Of a stretch of 64,000 nucleotides of DNA, positions 27,850 to 41,095 are shown piece by piece. Each line of letters opens with the position of its first letter. The stretch's first letter is position 1. The notes beneath the pieces were generated by a model, which searched no databases, was not told where the DNA came from, and saw only the letters and a program-made list of their open reading frames with translations. This DNA comes from Azolla caroliniana (lineage: Eukaryota > Plantae > Polypodiophyta). The position numbers were made by a program, and so were the translations under genes. The DNA lies in the NCBI GenBank assembly GCA_043228905.1, contig JBHGNT010000003.1:23622001-23686000 (forward strand), written 5' to 3'.

Positions 27850-30800
27850 ATGGAGTGTGGTGGACAGGCCTGCGCCGGTGGACACTGTTCCTCCTCCTCC
27901 TCCTCCTCCTCCTCTTCTGTTCCTTCTTCTTCTGTATCCTCTTCTTCTACGGTGAAGGTTTGTTGTAAGTGCAAGGAAGCTCCTGCTCAAGTTGCGGCTA
28001 ATCAGATGGAGTTCATCTGCACATCATGTCTCAACACTTCCCTCTTCTCCAAGTTCAAGACCGCAGTGAATGGCCATGGACTCATCCTCCCATCGCACAG
28101 AGTCCTTCTCGCTTTCTCAGGTGGACCTGCCTCCAGGTAATTTAAACTCTCGGTTTTTCTTCTTCTTTTTTGTACATTATTAATTGTGATATTGTTATGA
28201 AAATGGAAGACGAGAGAGTGTGAAGTGACAAGAAGAGTGATTGTTATGTACGTGGGGAATGAGCGTTTGATATGTCAGTGGGAAATGAGAGATTTTTCTG
28301 TGAATGGAAGATGAGAGATTGTTATGCGAGTGGAAAAATGACAGATTGCTATGTGAGTGTGAAGATGAGAGATTGTTATGCGAGTTGGATGATGAGAGAT
28401 ATTATGCGGGTGGGAGATGAGAGATTGTGATGCAATGGGAAGTGTGAAAAATGAAATCGTACAAATGGGAAGCCAAAAGAGAATGGATGTGGAAGTCGAG
28501 AGAATCTACTTATTTCTTCCCAATCATTTTGTTTCTGTAGTTGGGGATGAGAGAAATATGTAGTGGAAAATGAGAGAACTGATAATACCATATCAACTAC
28601 TTGTGAATACCTATATATGGAAGTACTGCTTACACTGCTCGTTATCAATCATGAAATTAGTTTTTATATGAAGCATGGAATCATTTTGAAAGGATGTCAA
28701 AGAAATTGACATGGCATTGGAACATTCAATAGTTTTTCATGTCTGAAGTTTTGTTTGAGAGGGAATGACGAATAGAAAATAGAACTTCTTGTTTATGGAA
28801 TAATGTATTATGAGTTTTGAGATGTTCTGAAAAGATTGGATTTCATAATGCATAATATAACCATGAAAGACTTGACGGAGTTGTTCATGCTGCAGTTTAT
28901 TTGTTTAATTTGCAACATTTTTTAACAGGACTCTCCTTGAGTTTCTCCTTGAGATTCGTGATAAAGCAAAAAGAGAGGCAATCCACTACAGTGATGAATG
29001 TATCAAGGTTTTTGGGTTTGGAGTAGCATATGTGGATGAAAGCTGTGTTTTGCCTCTTTTCCCTGATGATCCAAAAACCGTGAATGAAGAAATGCGAAAG
29101 ATTGTTATGGAAGGGGAGAAAAATCCTGAAGAGTTCTTTATTGTTCCATTAGAGAGTGTATATTCTAAATGCGAGATCAATTATTCTGGCAATAATGTTG
29201 ATGACAATAATTGCAAAAGAGAGAGGATACAGAACCTACTGCAAAGTGTGAGCGATATTACTGGAAAGGAAGATTTATTGCAACATATCAGAATGCAAGC
29301 ACTTCAACAAGTATATTTCATGTGACCATGTACTTCAATGTAGGTCTGTTTGTAACTGCAGTAGCTGCATGGCCTTGTCTCTATGTCTGATGGATCTTAT
29401 TAGAAGTTCTCTTGTCTTATATTCAGGTTGCAAAAGCTCATGGATACACGAGACTTGTCTTAGGTTTATCGACATCAAGAATTGCGGCCAAGGTCATTTC
29501 TTCCACAGCAAAGGTTTGCATCCAATTAATCTGTATATATTTCTCACTAAAGTCTTTTTTTCCCGTTTGTCTTGGGTTGGTTTGGGGTGAAATCTATCAT
29601 ATTAACCATCACTGCGGCTAACTGATGTTTATTATTTCAGCATTCTAACATTCCATCTACTTATTATCATACTATATCACAGATTTCAATAGGTTTTGAT
29701 GGTTTTCTATCAGAAGGTTTAACACCGTCAAACCAAGTCTCTGCCATTGCATTGGGGGATATGATAGGAATCTGGATTGTTATTACTTTGAGTCTAGGAC
29801 TAATATTGATAAGGCCACTGGTAATATATTTATATTTTGGTTAGCCCAACTCAATGATACATAGAGAGTATGTGTTTGAGTGACGAAGTAGGGGAGAAAA
29901 TCACATACATAAGGGGTGTATTCTGTGTTTGTTAATAAAAGGAGAATTTTACATATCATGATGGCAATCATGGCCCCAAAGATTAGCGTTTACTTGGTTT
30001 CCAAAGGTTGCTAGATATCAAAGGTTGAATTCTGAGGATCACACGGCAATATGTATGTGATTGAGCTTCATTATTGATTAGATGCATAAGATCCTTGCAA
30101 TAATTAAGCGAGGCATTCATTACCATCCATAAAACTCTCAGTTTACTTTGATACTTAGCTAAGTAATTAACTGCAGGGCTATGGTTTCTCTCTCCCCGCA
30201 GAGATGCAATTTTATGATGCAAGATGGAGTGTACCTGTTGTGATGCCGCTCCGGGACTGTGCCATAAAAGAGCTAGTCCTACTTTGCCGCTTCAGAAAGT
30301 AAGTTACCTTGAAGCGAAATTTTCCTATGTATTCTGTCATTATCAGTTTGCTTGAACTTGAGTTTACCTGATTGGCAGCTTAAAATGTATATTTCTTCCA
30401 ACGTTATCAACATTATCAACACCTCATAGCAGTATCAATAGCCTATCAGCCAGTTTTGTCACTCTGTTGCAGGTAAATTGATTGATGATTATAAGAAATT
30501 GGGAGAAACTAGAAAACTGAGTTTTTCTTTATTTTCTGAATGCATCTAAGTTCCTTTATATTCCAAGAGTGACCCAACCCCCTCTCAAGCTATCCCTGAC
30601 CCAAGGATGTTTGAGGAAATTAGGAAAACTGAAGGGCATTTGAAGAAATGAAGAAAACCTCAGTGGCTACCAGAAGATCATGAGTTTAATATTCTATGTT
30701 TTTATTCAGGAAGAGAATCCAGCCAGAGAACGTACAATTGTGCGGACAGCAGCAAAGCTTCAGCCTTTTTCCTTCAATCACTCAGATGCTCTTTCTCCAA

Positions 30801-31710
30801 TGTTGAAGGGAGTAAAAAGGTCAGATGATGTTAAAGCAGACCTGTTGTGCCCCTTATGTTGTCTTCCTTTGAATCCAATAGAGTGTACTCAAGTAAGAAC
30901 CACAAAACAAATGGGGCAAGGCTCGGAGAATCTGTTAGCGTCGAACTTCTTCAAAGCATGTTGTGCTAGTTGCCAGCTTCAAAATTTTGGAGAAGTTGAT
31001 ACAACCTATAGCTTGTTGCCTCAGCTTATCAAGAGATCGGAAGCGATCAATCCAGAGATGAAAGAAGCATGGATGAGGTATCGATGATACTTGACCATAC
31101 ACCATATAGTTGTTTATATGAACTTTGCATCTGTTGTTGGTTTTTATGCGCATGAGATTTTATTTTCTTATCCCTATTCATCTTTTTTTTTCCCATATTT
31201 CCCCAAATGCTCCTCAATTGTCTATACTTCAAGTGCAACTATGACATAATAATATCCTTCCAGGATTGGCTGTAACCCAGTGTTGTTGTCTAAAGAGAAT
31301 TTATGTAGTGCATTCTCATGAAATGGAAACTTTTCGAAATGCCCTTGCTGAACCCTGAAAGAGCTTAGATGTCATAATTGAACATCTGTATAGTTAATTT
31401 ATTTCCTTATTTGAGTATACATGGTCAATTTGTCTCCTGCTTCTCTCTTTCTGGGGTTGATCAAGGTCATTTACGAAGTATTGAAACCTCAGGGGCATTT
31501 AGGGAAGCAAAGATGAACTTGAGTATGACAGTTTTTCCCTAGAATTTATTTGGCTTTTGGGGGTCTTCTTTGTTTTTATTACGTTCTGCTCAATTCTTTT
31601 AAAGATAAGCATGTTTTTTAGCTGTAAATTACAATCCTTATTTATTGTGTTTGTCTATTTGGAATAGGTCACAGATTTGTGACTGGCTCATTTCTGATGA
31701 CAACTATTGA
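27850..31710 (+). CDS. CTU2: Cytoplasmic tRNA 2-thiolation protein 2 (CTU2/Ncs2), 7 exons
   Basis: Exons 27850-28136, 28929-29310, 29427-29513, 30177-30298, 30379-30472, 30710-31077, 31668-31710, phase-consistent. Motifs CCKCK...CTSC, LLAFSGGPASR, TGKEDLL, LVLGLSTSRIAAKVISSTAKGYGFSLP, VVMPLRDC, QEENPARERTIVRTAAKL, C-terminal CPLC...CASC. Confidence 0.93.
28190..28500. repeat. Degenerate ~30-bp minisatellite in CTU2 intron 1
   Basis: Repeated gaagatgagagattgttatgcgagt variants. Confidence 0.75.
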
Positions 31711-33533
31711 GAGATAAATTGATGGAGGCTGGTAACATATTATTTGAATTTCACTTGATATTACTGTGAACTAAGCATTAATGTACACAAAGATGGGGTT
31801 TCTCTTCTTTATTATTGAAGGTTTACTGATTTTTAAAGAGATTATCCCAAACAATCATTATTGGGAATTTTATTGAAGTAACTCTAGTCTTTGATCTATT
31901 TGAAAAATTAGGTCTTTTTGTTTGCAGAAGTTGAGCAAAGTTTTGTAGCATATTTTTTATAATTTCTCTTTGAAATGACTATCTGGGAGAACACGGGAGG
32001 GTATTAGTGTACTTCTGTAAAGGATGTGTCTGTTATGATACAAATTTCGCTTTGGAATGGACATCTTGCAAAATGTCAATGCAAAGACAAATTGTCAAAG
32101 TTACTGATATGTTTTGCATATTAAAACGATTTAACCAGTTACAAAAAGTTTTTGAGTTGTCTGCAATGCAAACAGGCATAAAAGGTTCAAGTCATTTGCA
32201 ATGGAAACCGATATAAACAGCCCAGAGGGAGAGTGATTTCCAATGGTGACAGATATAAACAGTCCAAAAAGGTTTAAGTTAGTTGCAATGCAACAGGTGA
32301 ACCACCCAGAGGTTTCTGTCCTCAGATGTCATGTATTCATTCCTATCCCACCAAAGTAATGTAAAGTGAGAACCCTTTATTAATAATTAATACAATGGTT
32401 GGTAACATAATTGATTACAACTAATCTTACTTTGCTTGCTGACAATCAAGCATTTGATGATACAATCAATCATGATCTTCATGTGGAAGAAGAGTCTTTG
32501 AGTAAGTTGTCAGCTTAGTGTCACACCAAAATTTGGCACTATTGATGAGTAATGAGAATGTCATTTGAAGCAACTAGTGGCTTTAGCATAACCTCTTGAT
32601 GTAAGCAATCTTGTAGATAATTAAATATAAACAAGGAGAAGAAGTAGAGCATTGAGAATGTGCCAACAAGAGCATTGTCAAGAACACATTGTCCTAAATA
32701 CCCAAAAAAGAAGAAAAATATAGGTAAAAGCTCTCTCTTAGTTGTGCCATTAGAGGAAGGCATTGGCTCCCATTTGTTATGATGTATCATGTGGCACTAA
32801 CTATATGGGCTGGTGCTATTTGATTTCCCACCATTTAAAAATAGGGATCAAGTACATATTTTTTTTCGTTACAAGTGTCAACATTTATGTTGTTTCAAGG
32901 GAAGTAGCTAAACTACAGCTAGTATGAGTTACAAGCAAACATCACTTGAGCTTAACAAATTGCCTAGAACTTATGTAAGAAATAAGGCACAATCTTAGGT
33001 TCTTGTGAAAACAAAATGAAAAAGAACTTGCAAGGAAGCAATTCCTCAAAAATGAGGCCATCAACAAACAATAATATGTTAAAGTGAACAAGAACGGGAG
33101 TTGCTAGCCTACTTAACAACTACCCAAAACATTAGGGATGAATTTAAGAACGTACAAGAATAAGCTAACCTCATCCTTGATGAATAGAAACAATGTATGG
33201 ATTGTGAATTCAATAGCTTTAGCTTGGATTAGTTGGAATAATGCTTGTGTAACATTTAGGTGCTTTACTCTGAGTGCACATTATCATGAACCAATTGCTT
33301 CATGATATAAAATGAAAAATATATATTACAATGAATGACATTTGTGAGGCTCGAATCTATAACCTTGCATATCAAACAATGAGTGTAAACCATTAAGACA
33401 AGTTCTTTTACAAGTTGTTGTATAATTTTCATTATTGTAACTATGGTTTATAATATTGCGTACATGGTAACTCAGATGACCAACATGGTCGTTATGCATC
33501 ACATGTAGCACATGTGTGCACGTGGCGATCACA

Positions 33534-33621
<88 letters not shown>
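33534..33621. repeat. (CA)n microsatellite
   Basis: Directly visible. Confidence 0.95.
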
Positions 33622-33623
<2 letters not shown>

Positions 33624-33779
33624 CCATGCACTCAAACATCACATGCATTGTTATTTGAAAACATTTCAGGAGAAGGAAGGGAAACATGTACAAATCATGG
33701 AAAAGTAGTAATCAAGCCATTTAAGGAGAAGGAATGGAAACATGTAGGAATCCTGTAAAAGTAGTAATCAAGAGATTAA

Positions 33780-35830
33780 GCTAACTCATTCGGAAAGGTT
33801 TCTCATCTCTCAAGATCGAAGTTAAGGCCTTACAGTTGAATATTGTAACTTTTATAAATAAAATTTTATGTTCCCAATTCAATAAAGCATATTTGCATCA
33901 TATACTATTTGCTTCTTAAATTATACACTACCTCCATCTCTTGTATGTGTTTGTCTCTCTCCCTTTTAAGTTTTTGCTATGAACTCTCTTCGTTCAGAAC
34001 CTTGACGGTTTGACGTACTAATCATGAGTTCGAAGAAAAAATTTGGTCAACCTAATGTGAAGCGTCAACAAGGGGGAATCGCTAATAAAAGAAATGGTTG
34101 AGAGCGGGGTCAATTTCATGATGAGTTGAATGATACAAGAGAAAAGTGTGACTAATCGATTGAAAGCAAGTGGAGACTTGTTGTACAATCAATTATTCAA
34201 AAGATTGGTCAATTCAATTTTGAAAACATCATGAGATTTTTTGAGGTCTGTGAGCATGAAATGGCCGATAGAGGTGCAACTGGACTACACATTGTGGCTC
34301 AATTCAATAGAGTGGTAACTCTAGATGTTTGAGTAAAGGTAGCAAATTTCAAGAGAGATTTCACGTTGATTGGATTTCATTTCGTCAATAATTGTGAAAT
34401 GAGTATATGCTTGATGACGGCACTAGAATCACTAAAAAGAACTTTCTCAAGTGAACCAAGAAAGGAGGGAAAGGTCTCTCAATATTAAAAGGTCCCGTAC
34501 AATGAGCTCTTGGTGAGGGATTGAGATCTTCTTTAGTCGAAGAAGGTGGACTTGTTTGTTCACATAGTGAGCAAACCATTTAGAGAAGATTGAATAATCC
34601 TTGTAGAGGATCGAACAAGCACAATGAGCCTTGTGTCCAACTGGGACAAGGTCTCTGAAGCTTTTTGTATACTCTGAAGTAGGACATTGCTGATGGAGGA
34701 CAAAGTGAAAAACTCAAAGAAGATTATTGCGAGAGATTATGGGGAGATTATCCAACACAAGAATTGGCTACTCGAGCAAGATGAGAAAAAGGAAAGGAAT
34801 TAGATTCATAAATTGACGTGCAAATTAAAGGCATGAAGGATCTAGAAAGGTGAAAGCTTGAGTCAATAAAAGCCTAAGGAAGCACACAACAAAAACTTCA
34901 TGCTCTGATGCATATGGTGGGATATCACCGAACATCAAAATAAAGGTTGCATGAGTCATCAAGAAGCTCTTGATGGAAATCTGCTTTTCTATAAAGGTGG
35001 GAAGATTCATCTGTCACAAACTCAACAATCTCTTCGATTCAACTTCGGAAAAGGGGATTGAAGAAGTTAATGGAGCATGCTAAAGCTAAGAGGATTCATT
35101 TGTTTGTAAAAGTTGTTGGGGTGATGCCCATGACGTTTGACTAGAGGAGAAGAGAAAAAGAATGGATGAAGTTGGTCCTTCTGAAAGACTAGAAAACAAA
35201 GAGTAGAAAAGTAGAGAAACAAACAAAGCCATTGTAGAAGAAAAGTCAAAGCAAGAGGCAACCTTGACATTCAAGCTAGCCTTAGACATTAAGACTACAA
35301 TAGACATAAGAAAGAATTTAGAAACTAGAATCCTTGATAGAAAGGTGGATCTTACTCTCAAGAAGCAACCTTGACATTCAAGCTAGCCTTAGACATTAAG
35401 ACTACAATAGACACAAGAAATATTTTAGAAACGAGAATCCTTGATAGAAAGGTAGATCTTACTCTCAAGAAATTGTTAGGAATTGTGAAGAAAGAATTCT
35501 ATGTGGTTAGATTGACGCAATCAAAAGAAAGAGGTACCTGACAAATGATGTAAGAAGAGTTAAAACAATCAAAATTCAAGAAGCTATGGATATGGAAGCT
35601 ACACTATTACCCAAAGTAATGGGTGTAAATAAATATATCAATCAAGAAGAAGGTAGATGCCCCGATCAAGATTGGGGAAAAGATGGAATAATGTACATTG
35701 CATTGATGGACCATGGTTCTGAAATTAATATAATGTAATTAGACTTCTAGAATTGTGGAAAGTGGACTATTGAGAAAAACTATGGGTGGAAAGTCTATGC
35801 AACAACTGAAGTAATAACAATGGGTCTAGA
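33780..35830 (+). mobile_element. Old degenerate Ty3/Gypsy gag-protease relic, same lineage as the element at 49833-56326
   Basis: Decayed tRNA-Trp PBS tggtcaacctaatgtgaa at 34044-34061; LETRILDRKVDLTLKKLLGIVKKEF vs LEERILDSKVELSLREVLGIAKKEF; protease DHGSEINIM at ~35710; internal ~107-bp tandem duplication at ~35256-35472; left boundary approximate. Confidence 0.8.
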
Positions 35831-35859
35831 TTTCTAAACAATCTGGGAAAAAAAACTTT

Positions 35860-36000
35860 GAACATGAATTTGATACATTGTATGGAATTGTGATGAAAAC
35901 TCTGTTTTTTACATTAACTCGATACAATATATCGAGTTCATGTTTAGAAATCTTCTTTTTTTTCAAATAAAAGAGGTTTAGGGTTTACATGAACTCGAAT
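35860..36000. repeat. Partial palindrome array A (TCGATAC-N3-GTATCGA family)
   Basis: aatttgatacattgtatggaattg and aactcgatacaatatatcgagttc; with 36000-36170 it is collinear with ~41010-41310. Confidence 0.75.
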
Positions 36001-36526
36001 TGTACTAAAATCTTTGTTTTTTTACAAGAGTAAAAGATGTATATCGATATTGTAAAGAAGTATGTTGCACAACAACATACCTTATGGTGAACATGTGCTT
36101 ACTCGATTAACAAAAAACCATTAATAATTGTATTGATGGTAATTGAACCTTGCAAAGGCCATTTACTTCACACCTTTTGTAGGGGAGCTCTCAAAATGAA
36201 GAAGAGGAGAGCATTGTGGATACCTTGATAACTATGTGATATGTTCAAATTGATATATTAATGTTTACATCTAAGTTTGGCAGTTTTGACAGTTTATGAA
36301 TATCGTTTACATTTTAGGAGTGATGGATTTATCAAAATTGTTTATGAATATTGTATACATTTCTTGAGTTGTGAATTTATGAATGTTAATGAGCACTAAA
36401 TATATAGATGATGGCATTAAGGATTGTAACAATGTTATCTCTTATACTTAAAACATTTTCAAGTCTAACAATAGATGTAACTTCCACGTCTGGAACCTAC
36501 ATTCCTCAAGATGGTGAAACCATTAC

Positions 36527-39500
36527 TTTTTTTTCTTTTTTTTTCCCCAAAAACAAACTCCTTCCATTAGTTATAAAATTTTACAGATGAGATTAATATA
36601 TACAAATCCCTGTAGGGACGCGATAGGTCTGTCTTATGTGGATGCCCACAGACTCAATAAAGGGGGAGGTCGACCATTGCTGGATGAAGGCTAGTCTCCA
36701 TCAGAGTCGCCCTTGAGGCCATCATATTGGCTTTTTAGCGTGGCTACAACTTCACTCCATATCTCTTGCATTAACACTACTGGCTGCACGGTTTGGTTGG
36801 AGAAGACCCGTCTACACCGTTGTTTCCATAGAGTCCAAAGAGTTATTGGGCTGACCAATTCCAACTCAACTTGAGATTTGGCATTGATAGGAGTTGAGTG
36901 GACATTGTCGATGGTGGAGAAAAAAACTTATTGTGATTTTATCACCAGAACCATCCCCTCCTCCTGATGCTCGTATCTGTCAAGCGGGGCCTGCCATGAT
37001 ATCCACCATATATTTCCCCACTTGATTAAGCCTTGCACCTAACATAATTGTAATAAGCGGCCAACCCCCTGCCATATTCGATGGGACTTTGGGCAGTCCC
37101 ACAAATCGTGTCGGATTGATTCTATTGCATTTGGGCACGCTACACAATTAGGAGAGGTAAGGTTCCCATGCTGCCATGCACCAACCGATAGTGACCTATG
37201 TATTAATAGCCATTGGAAAGTGGTGATTCGCTGTGCGTGTTGTTGTTTCCAGATTTTTTTCCAAAACTTGGTGATAATTGTGTGAGGAACATGATATGTG
37301 TGCCAAACCTTTGCAGCAGTAGGCTCTCGAGCGGTTTGAGCAGCTAGAATATGGCGACCCAATCTAGTTGTGAATTGAAAGAAAGGGATGGGTTTGCGTC
37401 CTTGCCCCGCGTAAGGATCATGCCATGTCCATTGCAAAGGGTTCCAACTAACCTTACATAGCCATGTGTTTTCGTGAGTACATATGTGCCAATCTGGTTG
37501 TACTTTGATAGGATCAGGATCTACTATAGTACTCGAATTGCCTTATTATGTGTTGGTGTCTCATTGTCTTGCAATTCAGAGCTTGCGATCCTGTATGGTG
37601 TTTCCCTACCTCTGGAGATCAAAGAGCCTTCCTCCTCGTAGCCTATCCATTTCTCTATTGTCATCCTTTGATTAGCAGCTTCCCTAATCATTAGAGCGTT
37701 AATGATTTTAGATCTCATAGCCCATCCACCCCTGATTCCATGGAGTATGTTGGCTTGGTCTTGTATTGGCAATGACATAAACCGTCTCCAACATTCTATA
37801 CTTTTTCCTAAACCTTCCGCAATGTATCCCCATGACAACCCCTTACTTGATCCAATTAGTTGATTAGATTCATCTATGATACATGGGTTCTATAGAATAC
37901 GTTGACTGAGCCAAGCAGGTTTAGAGTTAGGTTGATCGCACTTGAGCCATCGTCTAATGTCATACCACACCTTCCACATGGATGCATTGAATCTATCCTC
38001 CAATTGGCAGGAGAAACTAGGTTTGAGCTCCATGTTTAGAATCCATCCAGTTTGGGGGTCCCAATTGGCCCCTTTTTTTGGTTTAAAGTAAGCGAAACGT
38101 AACCACAACAACATTTTCCAACAATCATTCCCTGGTTGGAGTCCTCACACCACAAATTTGGCGAGTAGGGCTTTTGATTGTGAGAGGGGATCAATAAGAC
38201 CCAATCCTCCTCTCGACTTAGGTGATATGAGTATAGGCCACGCCACCTTGGCCCGAGTTGCATGATCTTCCTTACCAGACCAAATGTAGTTGCGTACCAA
38301 TAGTTGAATCTGGTGTATACTTTCCTTGGATATTGTCCAACATGATAGGTTGTACCATGCTATTGCGAGTAATACTTGATTTGCCACTATGATGCGCCCC
38401 GCTAACGAGAGTTTTTTCGAACTCCAATTTATCAACTTTTGTCGAATGGAGTGAATAACTGGTGCAATCATAGTCTCTAGAGGTATGTTGAACCCAATTT
38501 GGAAACCCAAATATTTGGTGCTCGCGCCTTGATCGATCCACTTGAAAGCGGGATGGGGGTGCTACGCAGGATGTGCTTAATGAGAAAGCCATATTGCACA
38601 GGATTTGTGCCAATTGATCATGGCATTCGATCTCTTGCAAAATACGTCTAAACCACTCTCTAGCTTTTGTAGATTTTCCAAGTTCCCTTGTAGGTAGACT
38701 GCGGTGTCATATGCAAATTCTATATTCAGGAGGCTTTGGTGAGAATGCGGCACCCTAAGACCACGTAGGTTTAGTTGTCACGAGTTGAGAAAACTAGAGA
38801 GTGCTTCGGCGTATAATAGAAATAAGGATGGAGCCAGTGGGCATCCCTATCGTACAGATCCAACTACAGGCGTTCCTATAAAGTCCTACAATGCCTTGGA
38901 TCCATGACTCTTGAAAACCATGTTTCCCCATCACACTTTCTAGAAAGTTCCAACATACCCTATCATATGGTTTCTCAAAATCTCGGACCACCACAACTAC
39001 CTTGTTGTTGGTACGCTTGGCACTGCCACCACTTACTAGTGTCGTTGGCACTGCCGCCACTTTTAGGAATGAGATGTATCATCCCATGTCCAAATTCCTC
39101 TGACATGTTTCCAAAGGTAATGATCTCCTCATATGCTTGGAGGAGGTCTTCTTTAATAGTGTCCCAAAGGCACGTGAAAAAGTGGGGAGTGAGGCCATCG
39201 ATACCGGGGCAACTATTTGCATCCAAATCGGAGAGGGCCTCCCATATCTCGATGTTTGATAAGGGACACACGAGCCATGTATTTATTTCCGTCATGAATT
39301 TCTCGGGTATGCTTTGGAGGATAATATCTTCTCGTGTATCTTCCCCTATGGCCATATTATCTTCGGTAAGTAGTCGCTTGTAGTAACTTGTGGCAATATT
39401 CCTCATTTCGTCGCCATCCTCAATGGTCGTTCCATCCTCTCGGGTGAGGCTATGCATCATTGTTCTAGCGTGCCTCGGTCCCTTGGATCGGAAGAATTCC

Positions 39501-40002
39501 CTCGTGGATTTGTCCCCTACTCGAATCCATTGAGCCATGCTTCCATGAAACTCCATGTCATAGGTTGTCTTTTCCGCCATGATGAGTTCATGTTTGGCCA
39601 TGACAACCTGTCCCGCGATCCAACTACATGCCGGGTATCTCTGTTGGAGTCGTTGTAAGGCTATTAGTCCCCGTTTTTTCCTCTTTCGCTTTTCCTGAGC
39701 ATCCTTGCTTCTGGTCTTGACAATCTTGGGTAGTAGAGTTGAAGCTCTTGTTAATTTAGATAGAAGTTTGTCAGATGCTAATGAGGCATTGACAGGTAAT
39801 GACCATTGGAGCTAGTGGGCATACCTGTCGTACAAACCCAACTGCAGGCGTTCCTATAAAGTCCTGCAATGCCTTGGATCCATGACTCTTGAAAATGGAG
39901 TTTCCCCATCACACTTTCTAGAAAGTTCCAACATACCCTATCATATGCTTTCTCAAAATCTAGGAGCACCACAACTACCTTGTTGTTGGTACTCTTGGCA
40001 AG
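36527..40002 (-). mobile_element. 5'-truncated, internally rearranged L1-like LINE (ORF2: RT plus C-terminal Cys-rich region)
   Basis: GDKSTREFF, PGIDGLTPHFF, LIPK, DFEKAYDRVCW, R*GCPLAPSLF, FAYD (FADD), KYLGF, LSLAGRIIVANQVL, KVAW..L..PKSRGGLGL, CVACPNAIESIRHDLWDCP; poly(A) at 36527-36544; ~39812-40000 duplicates ~38833-39020. Confidence 0.92.
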
Positions 40003-40380
40003 GGCTGCAATATGTGTATCATCTCAGCCAAATTACCACAATAGACATTACACTATAAATCCCGGGTGACATCCATTTTGTGGCTAAATTTCTTAAAAGT
40101 GCCACCATCTTCTACACCATATGCCTTCACTAAACGTCAATCCTTTTCTTTTTGCGCTCTTTCAAAATGTGCAAGAAATGACGTAGGAATATCGGGAATA
40201 TCTTTACCTTCTCTAGGTTTCTTATTATCACTATCTTGATATATCATTCTTGAACAATATTTCTTTTTTCTCTAACTATATGAGGCTTCCTCACCTTGAG
40301 TAGATTTTAAAGGTGAGCCTCGATATTTCAAACGTATTTTCTTGACTGTACGCACGCCCTAATTTTCAGTTGACCTTGTA
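40003..40380 (-). pseudogene. Second, diverged and internally deleted fragment of the ParB-methyltransferase gene, cut by the LINE
   Basis: One frame reads VKKIRLKYRGSP ... EGKDIPDIPTSFLAHFERAQKEKD*RLVKAYGVEDGGTFKKFSHKMDVTRDL*CNVYCGNLAEMI, matching VKKIKLRIQGSP and EVKDIHDFATSFLAHLERARKEKDRHLVKAYEMEEDGSFKKFSHKKDITRHLYYNVVCDDVVDMI of the 42637-46130 gene. Confidence 0.85.
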
Positions 40381-40654
40381 GAGGCAAGATCGAAGAATAC
40401 AAAGAAACTCAATTATATGAACTAATAAGTATTTTCTAATAGGTAGATGCAAAATATCCTAAAAATTAATGAATTTTTGCTACATAATAGGTGAAACAAA
40501 CATTAAATAGTGCAATAGAAGCAATTTTCTGATGGAAAATCTTGGGAAAAAATAGAAATTCATTACACAATAGAGATTACTTGTGAAAATATACAAGTTA
40601 TTCAGCAATTCGATCATTTTAATACTAATTTTAATAATCAAGTTGATGCAAAGT

Positions 40655-41095
40655 ATTCGAGTTGATACATTGTACTTTGTATAGAGTTCCTTTTAAAACA
40701 GAGACTTGGTAGTACAATTCGATACATTATATCGAATTCATGTTTAAAGTTATTATTTATTATTTTTGGGTTTTTTTTGAAAAACAATTTGAACTTAATT
40801 TGATGAAAAAACCAGAGTTTTCATCACAATTCGATACAATGTATCGAATTCATGTTCAGAGTTTTTTTTTCGGGAAAAAAACAAAAAAACAAAAACAATT
40901 AATAAAAACTAATAAACAAAACAAAAACTTTAAACAGGAATTCGATACATTGTATCGAATTTTGATCAAAACTCTTTTTTTACACCAACTCAAGTTCAAT
41001 TTTTTTTCTCTGAACATGACTTCGATACATTGTTCGATTTGTGATGAAAACTCTGTTTTTTACATCAACTCGATATAATGTATTAAGTTCATGAT
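40655..41095. repeat. Palindrome array B, ~5-6 units, consensus AATTCGATAC-ATT/AAT-GTATCGAATT
   Basis: Units near 40716, 40828, 40939, 41019 and 41067, plus a degenerate one at ~40660, separated by AT-rich spacers. Confidence 0.85.
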
